This document shows positions 37,549-51,009 of a DNA stretch of 64,000 nucleotides, in pieces. Within the stretch, counting starts at the first letter, position 1, and each line of letters begins with the position of its first letter. The notes beneath the pieces are model-generated. The model was given only the letters and a program-made list of their open reading frames with translations. It ran no database searches and was not told where the DNA came from. The stretch lies in contig CM074511.1 of NCBI GenBank assembly GCA_037379345.1, forward strand, positions 1,488,001 through 1,552,000, read 5' to 3'. This stretch comes from Perna viridis. Taxonomy: Eukaryota. A program made the position numbers and the translations under genes.

Positions 37549-40500
37549 CAGACTTTTCCTTTTTTAAGCCCAATATAATTTACTTAAAATTGCTAGTCTG
37601 AAACAAAGACTCCTTGGATATTTTGATAATTCATTAGCAAAACCTAAATGTCAAAACTAATATATTCTCTAATATATCTTTTGCATGCAAACAAAAATCC
37701 CTAAACAAATTTAAAGAAAATGTTTTCAATTCATCTTCCTCTATAAACTTATTTATTGTTAAATTAGTAAACTACACTGCCTGTAGAAGTTTTATTCAGA
37801 ATAAACCATCTACCACAGACTCTCATGGGACAAATCATTCTTCATTACAATAACATCTTCCATATTTGATCAAAATTCACAAAATAGCAGTTAACTTTAT
37901 CTTTCATTCTGACAAATACAAAACAGTAATTTTCTCCACTGGTAAACCATAAATATTCAAGCATGAGTAAGATAAGGGATTTGAGTTCATGATTCACTAT
38001 ATAATACATGGGTAGACGAGTAAAGACAAAGATATCAGGGCCAATCTGTTTGTAATGACAGAATCAGTAACTATACTGTAACTAATTATATCCATTACAA
38101 AAACATCCAATGAACATTATTATATCTACATTAAATTTCACTTAAAAAAAAAACAGATAATTTTTTATCTAGTTTTAACGAAGTAAAATAATGAGTTTTT
38201 ACTTTGTACTAAATCAATAAAAGACCACATGGTCAATTAATTTACCCCTTTAAAAGAGAAAGGTTTTACTGCCTTTCTTAAAAAAAGAGAAGCCTTTAAG
38301 ATATCTTTACCAAAATCTTTGAGAAATTTTCAAATGTGATAAAATCATAGCCTTACAGAAATCTTTTCCTATGGGTAGATATCATACAGTGTCAAAAACT
38401 GTCAGTTATTGGATAAAGTATACAATAAAAAAAATCCATTTATTTCCTTATAAAGCTGATCAATGCAATTTTCCTTCATATTGCACTTAATAATTAAAGC
38501 ACTTTCACACAAGTACCTATCATCACATCAAACCTTGACAAATACCAAAATCAACTTTGACAATTTTATTTCATACTATTGAAATGAAATCTTTCCCAAA
38601 TCCTTAAGGATTTCAATCTTTCTCAAACCTGTCAAGCTATGAATGGGACCTTGAAATTCAGAAAGTACAAGATATGACAAATTCAGACAACCATTACAAT
38701 AAAAACATAAAAGCCTTACATAACTCACTATGAATGGCTTTGATGTGTCTTTAAAAATATCACAAAATTTTTGTGGTCAGATGACAAATGTTTAATAATA
38801 GGGTTAAAACTTGACAATTACAGCTATATTGAAATTATCTTTAATCTGAAATTCTAGAATTCATTTCCTGATTTCCATTAAGTTTTATTTCAGTGAAATT
38901 AAATCAGATATTATAGAAATGTATGTAATTATCTTTGTTAGTCCTTAATCTGTTGTTTGGAGAGTACTGGAGCAATATTCTGTTGGGTGAAGACGCCACG
39001 TTCCCAGCAACTTAGATTCTAAATAGCCATATATCAATATCAACCACTTCCTACAAAAGGTTCTGTATTCTTTCAATTCACCACAATGTAGAACTTCTCC
39101 CACATAAAATTCACTAGAGTTTATTATCTAAGTTTTGAAAAGTATTTAGAACTAAATTTTTAAGTACACTGATTAGTGAAGTAGCAGATTAATTAAGATA
39201 GAGATACAGACGATGAGGGTGGTAATATGAATCATTGTTACATAATGTAGTCTAAAGTCCTGTTTACATCATTGGTTAGAATATCATAGTCTGTATGCAT
39301 ACTGACAGCTTCATTGTCACATCCCAAGACAAAACAAGATGTCTCTGAATCATCAAAAACAACAAAATAAGGAACCAGTCTTAGTGGTTGTTTAGTCATC
39401 TTCTGGATGTGAAATGTCCATAATTCTCTTCCATAAAACAAGGAAATAGAAGCCCTTGTGTCCAACCTTCCATCTAATTTGTTAAAATTTCTTGTTTACA
39501 AATTTATATGTGTTTAGTTAACCTTGAAAGGTTTCTACCTTCTCAAAATATTTTCACTATCCTATAGTCTGCACAAAATCAATTCAGAACATTATACCAT
39601 TAGCTAAAAGCAATTAAAAAATCTTACTGCACTTTTAGAGCTACATTAAACTATATTGTTCCAAGGAAGCTATTTCAAGTATAGCAGACTGTCATTAACA
39701 TCAGAAAGACAAATTAGAAGGTCTTTATTATCATTGAAACTTATATGGTTTACATTCTGTTGTAGGTTAATTTCAAATTATCCTCAACTTCACTGCAGGG
39801 TAATCAATGCCAAAAAGTCCCAGTATAATACTGAGAAGACAAGTTTAAAGATTTCATTCCAATAAACTCATGAGCAAACATGATCTGGGTTCTGATGCAT
39901 AAACCTTCAGAATTTCTTCTAATTTCCTTTTAAAGAAGAAAAGCACATCACAAGATGGGATTTGAGGCATAAACTAATCACATGTTAAAAAAACAAGATA
40001 TCTGAACATTAACAAGAGATCTGTCAGGATTAGAGAGAAATTCAGCATTACTAGTTCACATTGTGAGTCAATGTAGTTAATTCTAAATTTGATTCAATAC
40101 AAGACCAAAAATGCCAGTTTCATCTTGACATGCACCATTAAAATCAAAAGGCATGAACATATATGTGCATATCATTACTGGGACATCAGAATTTCTCTGA
40201 AAGGCTGATTAAAAGGCCATATATAGTTCTGCTCCATCATACATCATGGACAATAAAAACCACTTGATGAACCCAACAACCAACAATCTAAAGGCTAGTA
40301 GAATGAGTGATATCATCCTGGCCTAAAATTAATAATTATCCTCACATGGAGAAACTGCATCCCAAAACTACTTTAGACAGTCACAGTAGGGTCATCTCTC
40401 CAATCATTTTATATAGAAACTCACACTCAAATCATCTTAATTAATAGTACATAAAAATTGATTGTTGCAACATTTTAAACAAGTCACCAAAAAAAAATTG

Positions 40501-40724
40501 ATTTATCTCATTTCCAGAAATAATTAATTTCTATCAATTTCAATTTCATTAGAATTTTTTTTCTATAAAATCAAGTGATTTTGATGGTACAGAAATTATC
40601 ACACAGCAGTGTTGTTGATGAGTCTTTATAAATTGAATATTTTATCTCAGTGTCATCAGCTAATCTTAGGTAATGAGCTGCATCAAACTCGTTGATACAG
40701 TAGAACTGCATAAGCAATATTGGC

Positions 40725-41055
40725 TGACAGTAAAACATAGAAAAAATATCAAGACTGAACTGAAAGTGAAGCAATATTTTCTGACAGTAAAGCACTGCAG
40801 AAGTGACCTTGAATTCGGGCAATACAGTTGAGTCAGACAGTAGAGCAGTAAGAAAACATACAGGCTGAACTGACAATGAAGCGATAGTGGTGCTGAAAGC
40901 AGAGCAGTGAGAAAACATACAGTTTGAACTGACAATGAAGCGATAGTGGTCCTGACAGCAGAGCAGTGAGAAAACGTACAGGCTGAACTGACAATGAAGT
41001 GATAGTGGTCTTGACAGTAGAGCAGTGAGAAAACATACAGATTGAACTGACAAAG
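40725..41055. repeat. Minisatellite, about 59-bp unit (gacagtagagcagtgagaaaacatacaggctgaactgacaatgaagcgatagtggtcct), about 4-5 copies
   Basis: Direct periodicity; explains the three overlapping minus-strand ORFs. Confidence 0.9.
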
Positions 41056-41783
41056 CAATAATATGATAATATGAATATAGTCTGACAGAGGAACACTAAG
41101 GACCTCTTGTTTACATAAGCTACAGGGGCAGAGAGACATGTTAGTCCACAAACTGTTTGACACATCAAACTGTATCCTAAGCCATTAGTCACATAAGCTT
41201 AATCTTGGCAAACAGCATCAATTATATAAACCATATATACTGGTATTTTTGGTAGGATTTAACCAATAACCTGGAGTCACAAAACTTATTTTACACAAGG
41301 CCAAGACATTATTTTAACAAAGAAAACTGAAAAAGTGAACTCAACAAAATGAAATTAAATGCAAAATGAAACAAAAAAGATAAATTCTTTCAAGTCAAAA
41401 ACATGACACATAAGAAGTAAGCACATAATTACCAGTATTCAGGTGTTGCTAGAATGTCAAAACTGAAAGAAATTAATTTTGTACCTGCCAAAAATGCATG
41501 AGGTATGAAGAAGTTGAGAAAAAAATTGCAATTTGCAACAATAAATTAGAATTGTTTGTTTGGAACTGATTTTGGATTCATGACAATATCAGTTGTTAGT
41601 CAGCCAAAAACTTAAAATGGCAAGTTAATCTTGAATCATTCTGTTTTTACTCAAGTCATTGTGATTTAAGTACATTCTGTAATAGCTGGGAAGTTTTTAA
41701 AAAGTTTGATAACTTATTACAGAAATGAAAAAAATCTTCAATCAAGAGGCAAACCTTGAAATTACAGACAAAACCTTGTTCCT

Positions 41784-43640
41784 TCAGCAGGATAGAATAC
41801 ATAACAAAAAAAAGAGATATGTCAGTTCAGCAGGATACAATACACAACCATTAAAAGAGATATGTCAATTCAGCAGGATACAATACACAACCACTATAAG
41901 AGATATGTCAGTTCAGCAGGATACAATACACAACCACTATAAGAGATATGTCAGTTCAGCAGGATAGAATACACAACCATTACAAGAGATATGTCAGTTC
42001 AGCAGGATACAATGCACAACCACTATAAGAGATATGTCAGTTCAGCAGGATAGAAAACACAACCATTACAAGAGAAATATCAGTTCAGCAGGATAGAATA
42101 CACAACCATTACAAGAGATATGTCAGTTCAGCAGGATACAATACACAACCACTATAAGAGATATGTCAGTTCAGCAGGATAGAATATACAACCATTACAA
42201 AAGAAATATCAATTCAGCAGGATAGAATACAAAACCGGTGCAACAGATATGTCAGTTCAGCACCAGAGAATACACAACCATTACAAGAGATATGTCAATT
42301 CAGCACTGTAGAATACACAGTCAATACAGGAGATATGTCAGTTCAGCAGGATAGAATACACAACCATTACAAGTGATATGTCAGTTCAGCAGGATAGAAT
42401 ACACAACCATTACAAGAGATATGTCAGTTCAGCAGGATACAATACACAACCACTATAAGAGATAAGTCAGTTCAGCAGGATACAATACACAACCACTATA
42501 AGAGATATGTCAGTTCAGCAGGATAGAAAACACAACCATTACAAGAGAAATATCAGTTCAGCAGGATAGAATACACAACCATTACAAGAGATATGTCAGT
42601 TCAGCACCGTAGATTACACAATCAATACAGGAGATATGTCAGTTCAGCAGGATACAATACACAACCATTACAAGAGAAATATCAGTTCAGCAGGTTAGAA
42701 GACAAAACCAATGCAACAGATATGTCAGTTCAGCACTGTAGAATACACAACCATTACACGAGATATGTCAGTTCAGCATTGTCGATTACACAATCAATAT
42801 AGGAGATATGTCAGTTCAGCAGGATAGAATACACACCATTACAAGAGATATGTCAGTTCAGCAGGATAGAATACACAACCATTACAAGAGATATGTCAGT
42901 TCAGTAGGATAGAAAACACAACCACTATAAGAGATATGTCAGTTCAGCAGGATAGAAAACACAACCATTACAAGAGATATGTCAGTTTTTCAGGGCTTCC
43001 TCAGCAGAACAGAATACACAAGAAATACAAGACACATGTTAGTTTTTCAGGGCTTCACTACCATATAAGGCCAAATAAAAAAATTTGTGTGGTTCCAGTA
43101 AAAAAAAGGATCGGCAGGTTGAAAAATTGTTTTATTTTTATTTTTGTAAACAATTCACGAGGTTGGCTTGAAGTGTTACTAAATCCTGCAAGATAAAAGC
43201 CTAAGACTAATTACAACAACTAATTACCAGACAGTTATCACAAACAGGAAAGAAATATCAATAGGCTTTCAGTTGTCTCATGGCAGCAGCTGCAAGCAAG
43301 TGTGCCACCACTGTAGTTCACCATTATCAATACTGAGTCCAGTCCAGAGAAATCTGGATAACCTGAAGTGGGTAAGGTCCGCCAGTTTGCTATTTTGGTA
43401 GTCTATTTTTTCTTCATTTTGGCCAAAAAATTTTGGTAAAAACTCCTGTTGGCTTGGTGACTGGAACCAAACATATATTTTATTTGGCCAAAAACACAAT
43501 CAATACAAGAGATATGTCAGTTTTTTCAGGGTAGCAGCACCATAGAATACAGATCCAATACAAGAGATATGTCAGTTTTTCAGGGTAGCAGCACCATAGA
43601 AAACAGAACCAATACAAGAGATATGTCAGTTTTTCAGGGC
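41784..43640. repeat. Minisatellite, 43-bp unit (gagatatgtcagttcagcaggatagaatacacaaccattacaa), about 28 copies plus longer variant units, interrupted by a MITE
   Basis: Direct periodicity 41784-42990; variant units 42980-43068 and 43495-43640. Confidence 0.95.
43069..43489. mobile_element. MITE (Tourist/PIF-Harbinger-like), 421 bp, inserted in the 43-bp array
   Basis: About 30-bp TIRs ggccaaataaaaaaatttgtgtggttccagt / actggaaccaaacatatattttatttggcc; flanks TAA (left) and AAA (right), so the TSD is imperfect. Confidence 0.8.
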
Positions 43641-44225
43641 AAAGAAGGTTTGAGCAATAGAGATAATTCCTTTGAAATAATCATGTAGATGAATACCTTG
43701 CCAAGATACTCGACATATCATCCTAAAATCTTATTTCACTTTTATCTGTATTTTACCACTTACATATCACAGAGTCTGATAGATAAACATTTTGAATATG
43801 ATCCAATTTCCATATTAAAATACTTTTAGTATACAAATCCATTATCTGGTTAGTGAAGATGAATATTTTATCAGAGTTTAAAAGGTCAAGCAGAAAAAAA
43901 AGTCGAATCACATCAAAGGCTTTTCAATAAAAACAGGATACTTATCTTGTAACAGCTGATCCAAACAAAAACATTTGATTCTATTTATAACATTACAGGT
44001 TTCCTATGAGCATTGGTATAGATGGCATAGGCATAAAGTGGTTCATAGCATGCATGATAACTCTTCACTAAAAAGGTCTATTTCTATGTTGTACACTTAT
44101 GGAAATTAGACACATCTCAATTTTTTGTCTGTTCTAAAAATAGAACAAGTGTCAATGGAGAAGATACAACATACCAAGTGATGTCAGGGAACCATTTATA
44201 ACACAGAAAGAAAACATCCAAAAGA

Positions 44226-44522
44226 ATTAGATAGATTAATTGATTGATTTTGGATTAACATCCTATGACAGATATTTCATGCATTCAAGGACAAGACAGA
44301 TTAACCAATTACACAGACAGATCTTTATTGTGCTAGCTCAACAGCCAGCAGGAAGGCATGCCACACCACATCATTCTGAGCCAATCAGTCATCACCCTAT
44401 TTTCTATATAACACATATTAGGTGGAGAATGTCTTCGGTGATACTCTGCTGGGGATTGAACCTGCTATCTCCTGCACTTGAGGCCAGCAGGCCAGCATGC
44501 TAACCTGAAATCCTGAGGCCAT
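44226..44522 (-). mobile_element. tRNA-derived SINE with Meta/MESC-like central domain (RUDI/MetaSINE-like)
   Basis: Minus strand shows B-box-like GGTTCAATCCC, upstream ggttagcatgct, central gactgattggctcagaatgatgtg..ctgttgagctagcacaataaagat and a (caat)n tail; family name from memory. Confidence 0.6.
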
Positions 44523-45409
44523 TGGAAATTAAAATAAGCACATCACATCAAATATCAAATAATTTAATGGAAAGTGCAGTTTGAGTTGAATTATCTTTAT
44601 TTCTCCAAAACCAAAACCAAGATTTCCATATTCATATAGTCATTTTTAATACTGTTAATTAGAATTTTATTCAAAATCACTTTTCAGTCTAAATCTGTAA
44701 ATTGCAATACAACTGTAATACTACATGCAAGAAACACTTAGTGAATTTACAGTGACCTATTTCAGACTGTTCTAACATAACATGTAGTTAACAGACTTTA
44801 AAGTCTGAAAACAGAATTATCAAATATAAAATAGACATAAATCTTTATCCAACATAAACAAAGTGTTTAAGCATCATGATTTTCCTGTAAAACAATCAAT
44901 CTTTATCTAAAATATGGTATTTTTTTCATCTGAAGTACAAAGAGATAATTTAGTTTTTTTTTAAAGGTGTGACTATTATCTTCCCTTTTCATGATGACCT
45001 GTCAAAAATTGTGTCTGAGTTACAAAAACCTTAAATATTTCTGCATTTGAATACATCATTCCACACTGCTCTAAATAAATAGTTTATTTTGTATTTTATT
45101 GCAGATAGGATCATGATTTACTTTTTTTTTTCATTTATCAAAACGGTGGATCTTAAGAAATATTTCACTACACCTTGATTAAAACTTGATGTTAAGATTA
45201 CATTAATGTAAAGTTACTACATCAACTATGATACAGACCTATATATCAATTATATCACTCAGTTTTTACATCTTTATATTTCTGATTCAATCTTAAATCT
45301 AAACTTTATGATATTAGTCATTATATCAAATACGCTAGAAGATATTCACTCCAAACTGCAACATTCTCTTATTGATAAATAAATGAGAAACAGGGCAACT
45401 ATCTGACTG

Positions 45410-46170
45410 TGAAAAGATACATGTAGGAATAAGACCAGATCATACTTCAAACAGATTTATGTAGGAATAAGACCAGATCTCATTCCGAACAGATGCATGT
45501 AAGAAAGAGACCAGATCTCACTGTAAACAGATACATGTACATTTCGTTGGAATAAACCAGATCTCCCTGTAAATAGATACAAGTAGGAAAGAGACCAGAT
45601 CTCACTGTAAACAGACATAAGTAGGAAAGAGACCAGATCTCACTGTAAACAGATGCATGTAGGAAATAGACCAGATTTCATTCCAAACAGATGCATGTAG
45701 GAATGAGACCAGATCTCACTGTTAACAGATGCATGTAGGAAAGAGACCAGATCTTGCAGTAAACAGATACATGTACATTTTGTTGGAATAAAACCAGCTC
45801 TCCCTGTAAACAGATACATGCAGGAAAGAGACCAGATCTTGCCTAAACAGATACATGTACAGTTTGTTGTTGGAATAAAACCAGATCTCCCTGTAAATAG
45901 ATACAAGTAGGAAAGAGACCAGGTCTCACTATAAACAGATACACATAGGAAAGAAACCAGTCCTCACTGTAAACAGATATAAGTAGGAAAGAGACCAGAT
46001 CTCCCTGTAAACAGATACATGTAGGAAAGAGACCAGATCTCACTGTAAACAGATGCATGTAGGAAAGTGACCAGATCTCCCTGTAAACAGATACACATAG
46101 GAAAGAGACCAGTTCTCACTGTAAACACATATAAATAGGAAAGAAACCAGATCTCACTGTAAACAGATAC
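45410..46170. repeat. Minisatellite, 38-bp unit (gtaggaaagagaccagatctcactgtaaacagatacat), about 19 copies; three units carry a short insert
   Basis: Direct periodicity. Confidence 0.95.
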
Positions 46171-47764
46171 TTCTATGAATAAGACACATACTATTTTGTA
46201 ACCTTCCAACAAAAGGAGGCCTAAACAGTCGGCAGACAAATATTTTCCCCATCAGAAGTCCACAATAAATTTAGTAACACCAACATATTTGGCCTAAATG
46301 TTAAAAGGTGAGTGTCAACAAATAATTCATAAATACTTGTCAAAAGCTTCTAATCTAAAGTACTCAACTGTCAAACAATTAGACAGCTTTTCCTTGTCCT
46401 GTTAAGACACTTCTAAAAACCCACTCATGTTGGTAGTCTCATAACTTCATATATATCTATTCTATAATTAGACTAATGCAACCAGGTCTGTAAACGGAGA
46501 CTCACAGTAGGTAAATAGTACAGATGAATATGTCGGAAACACCAGTACAATACATCTGTTAACTTGAGGATTAGTAGAAAACATAACTTGTTTACATAAC
46601 CAAAAACACATTCATTAACATTGGTTTCTGTAAAATGACTCTTACAAACTTTCCAAAGCTTTTATTGATTTTTGTTTAATATGATCTTTACTTTATTTTA
46701 CTATATAAAATATTCTACCATATATTAACGTCATAAAACCACAGTTAAGTACAACCTAAATATAGGTCTATAAGATGTTACAGGACCACACCAGTATGAT
46801 GTCAAACAGGTAATCTCAGATGAAGCATGTAGTCATAGTTTACAAACTGACCCCACACATGTTCTACAAAAATGTAACTGCTTCAATAAAAGATTAATTC
46901 AACTGAAAAGATGGAGTCATTATGTATGAATGATCAGCTTTGCAGGAGTCCACAGATTTAACTCTTTACATTTTTCATTTTAACCATACAGAAGATGGAA
47001 AAGGTCTATAGGTTAATTACACTTCAGAACATTTTAATGTCAACTCGCAGCAGATATATGTGCACCTGTCCTAAGCCTTACTATATGTACTCAAAGACTA
47101 AGTTCAACCCAGTCATGTATTTGATTTTCCTAAGCCAATATCTTACCACAGGTACTCAAATTAAATCAGTGAGAGTTCAAGCCAGTCATCTCTTTGATAA
47201 TTTTATGAATGAAGTTAAGTCTTAAGATATGATTTATGTACAACTAAGATATTTCTTATACACCAGCAAATATTAAGAAATAAAGAATGTCTTGTCTTCA
47301 AATATTTCTTTCATGAAACTGTATGAATGCGGAGATAGTAAAGTCAGATAGGGCTTTAAGTAATCTTACTATTTACTTTTTCACAGATTGCATTAATATA
47401 AGGATACAACAAATACTGTTCTACATGCCAAACTTCCCGAGTCTGTGACATAAAAAGAGCATTCAGGGTACCAGACATAAATAATCTCTTCTTCAGGTCA
47501 AACTCAAACAAATAAAAGACAGTGTGTGGTCAATGATCAGAAAACATGTTTGACCCTGATACTGTGTGGTCAATGGATGAAGGATAGATAATGTCAACAT
47601 GATAGGCAGTGCTATGCAATACAGCCTCAAGGTCTACATCTTTTACTGGTATATAAAATCAACCCTTTGTTAAATACTAAAACCTAATAAATAGAACTCT
47701 TACCATAATCAGGACTGAGGGTGTAACAAGAATAAATGTAGTATAATGTAAGGGACAAAGGACT

Positions 47765-47965
47765 ATATAAACAGAGAGGCTTTAATCAAGTCTTAGTGCA
47801 CACAGTCCCTGTACCTGCCGAAGCTCATAGAATGGTCAGTATATACAGAGAGGCTTTGATCAAGTCATAGTGGATTCAGTCCCTGTACCAGCCGAACCTC
47901 ATAGAATGGTCAGTATATACAGAAAGGCTTTGATCAAGTCATAGTGGACACAGTCCATGAACCAG
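47765..47965. repeat. Tandem repeat, 74-bp unit x2.6
   Basis: cagagaggcttt landmark at 47772, 47846 and 47920. Confidence 0.88.
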
Positions 47966-48452
47966 CAGTAATGTGAAATAGAATAGCCAACAGAATTGCT
48001 GAATGACCTGGAATTTATTTATTTATTTGGATCACTGTTACTCAGACAATGATCCCAATCACTGTGTTTCAATATTGTGATTAATTGTTAATTTAATAAT
48101 GTCAAAAGAACACTAATTAATAACTTATTATCTGACCAAGAGGGACAGACAGTCACTCATCCACATTTTTTTTAAAGAAATAGAAATCAAAATTTCTTTC
48201 ATATAAACTGTCAAAAAATGACATTTAAAATTTTCAAAGGGCTAATCATTTGTCTCATGCACATTTATTTCCCTAGTTTCTCACTAATAAAATCATTCCA
48301 TATTCCCAGAGGCATGTGTGATGGATGTTGGACAAAGGACTTCAGAAACAATTTATTTCAATATAATTTTGGAATTTGGAAAAACAAAGCCATGTATTAT
48401 CATTGTTCTAAACAAAGACAAACATAGGATCAATCAGAAGAAGTCAAACCTT

Positions 48453-48552
48453 ATCAGTAATTACAGAAGTACCAGACTTAGATGGTCAGTAATTACAGAA
48501 GTACCAGTCTTAGATGATCAGTAATTACAGAAGTACCACAGTCTTAGATGGA
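48453..48552. repeat. Tandem repeat, about 32 bp x3 (tcagtaattacagaagtaccagwcttagatg)
   Basis: Direct reading. Confidence 0.88.
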
Positions 48553-50910
48553 TTTCTACAATCAATTAAAGACATATAAATCATTATTCTGTCTAATTAT
48601 TAATTTTCCTCCACCTTAGATAAGCGAAAAATAAACAAAGTCATGATAGTGCTTTATGAGGTGTAAAAACAACATGTCTTTTCATTATTCTAAAACAGCT
48701 GCGATTCCAAAATTGATTTTGCCAATTTCTTGTAATTCTCCAATTTAATTTTCCTGTCGACTATTTGATGCGAAAATATTGATGTATTGAGGAATATGTC
48801 ATAGACTGGCTGGAGAGTGAACAATTATTGTATAGTCTGTACTCTTCTCATTGTTTCCATTTAGAAGCATGTGAACATTCTTATAATGTGTCATTTTTGC
48901 AATAAATTGCTCAGAATGACAAAGGACTATAACTTCATCAGTATTTCATTCTTTTGTTTGTTGCTTAAATCAATCAGGGGAGATAACAACTCAAGATCTT
49001 ACACAAGCAAAATCTTATACTTTCATCTGTTTTGGTATGCAATGATATTTAAAGGGAGAAATGCATCCACCATTACTGTCTTACAGAAATATACTTCAAA
49101 TTGCTTTCTTTAATATAATTCTGGCAACCAAAATTAATCCCACTTAACCACCCAGAACAATCAAGTTATAAGAAAGTGTTTCCCATAATGTTTTAAAATG
49201 GCCAAGCAATTTATGTTTAAGCAGTTATAGAAGCTGCTGAGAGTTTTAAATGAATTAGAACTTAAAAAGGCTAATTTAAAACAAAATCTTTTAGTGCAAA
49301 ATGTATACCATAAAAAATGAATAAATCTGATTGATCAAAAAAGATGTATCATTATTATTTGTATTCCAAATGATACAGCCATGTGGACAAAAAACTTGAA
49401 GGCACTCACTGATAGCATCCTAATCACCAACACCTATTATTCATATACCAAAGCACCAGTATGCACAATGAAAAGAGCTGTAATAAGATAATAGAGTAAG
49501 AACACAAAACAATCACTAACCAACAATGAATGGTGGCATTAATAAAGCTATTTTATTGTCAGTAAGGAATCAATGGTATTTTATATAAAGGTGATAACAT
49601 CCAAAATTTATGGTCACTTTCACAATTAATGTTAATGGAATAAGAATCTGAATCAGGATCTGTGGCAGCTTTTAATTGAATTCAAGCCTTTTTGATGTTT
49701 CCTGATGATTCAGAAAATAATTTCTAATCTTGATAAAAAAAGTCCATGTGAACAATGATAGGAGACAATAGAAATAGCTACTATCTCTGGTCATTATAAT
49801 TATAAAAACTATTTCTCAGATACAATGTCCTGGTAGGTGACAAGAAATACAAAAAAACATCAATATTTTATGAAAAAAACAAAAACATGAACATTGAAAA
49901 ATTATGTAAAAAGTTAAATTCCTACAAACCATATTGTTAAACATTTATCTAAACAAAGAAAGTTGTTCCACAGAAGATCAACATGTGACTAGATAAAAGG
50001 TTTTTGCAATTGATATTTTTTTTTCACAAGGAAAACTTTGGTAAAAACAAATCATTGTGACTAATTGTCCCATTAATGAACATCAAATTAATAAACTTTA
50101 GTAGCTTCATAATTTGTTGGATTCTTAAGTCCACCACAGGTCAAGATTTTGACTCATAACTCTCAAATTACTTTGTTGGTGAAAAAAAACATTGCAGCAT
50201 GTGTCTGTTTACATGTAATTAAAAACAGATTAAGGTCAATCACAAATAGAAAAAATAAATAACCATAACCACAATTAAGTTGACATCTTTACAATAATTC
50301 AACAGCTACATAGATATGTAATCAGTTAATATACTACATGTATATAAACCAATGATGGAACAACCAATACTTTAACCTTGTCATATCATTATAATATAGA
50401 TAGCCTGAGTCAGCAATAAGTATATCAGAAAAGAAATGGATATTCCTGTGCTGATACATTCTAAGGCATCCCAAAAAAAACCACAAAATAATGATACTGA
50501 GTAAAGATGTACAATTATTTTAGGGAGTTGTATTTGTACAGCTGGATGACATGTATCTGTGAGAGGATGAATTACTTTACACATTGGTAAAGACATTTAC
50601 TCTGTAGGTTTATAATAAATGAGGTGTTCACAAAAAAAAGAGTTCTTTTAAGAAAGTGCATGTACTAACATGTAAATGGTCACTTGCCAGAATCTTTAGT
50701 AACATAGTACACTCTCCGGACAAACACTGTCAAGTTAATTGGTTGATATTTCATTTTGAACTCATAGACAAATTAATTCCTGGAACTGTTACATGAGTTA
50801 GAAAATTAATTCTCAGGAGTGAGTTCAAGACAAGGGAACACCTGAATTTTAGAGGCAATAAACTGAAAAGGTGTTAATTTTAGTGGAGCAGAACTAATTA
50901 TTAGGAAATA

Positions 50911-51009
50911 ACAGGAAATGGACATGAAGGGGAGAAGGGAGGTCAACAAAACCAACTTTACAGGAAATGGACATGAAAGGGAGGAGGGAGGTCAACAAAA
51001 CAAACTTTA
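50911..51009. repeat. Tandem duplication, about 49 bp x2
   Basis: acaggaaatggacatgaa..gggaggtcaacaaaac.aacttta occurs twice. Confidence 0.85.

Noticed and set aside
41784-42990. Regular arrays (also 10070-10515, 15075-15805, 55459-55832) as CRISPR arrays
   Set aside because: Units are head-to-tail with no unique spacers, there are no cas genes, and the context is a spliced eukaryotic gene
44440-44522. tRNA gene
   Set aside because: Only a B-box-like motif and a degenerate A-box are present; no cloverleaf; continuous with a SINE body and tail
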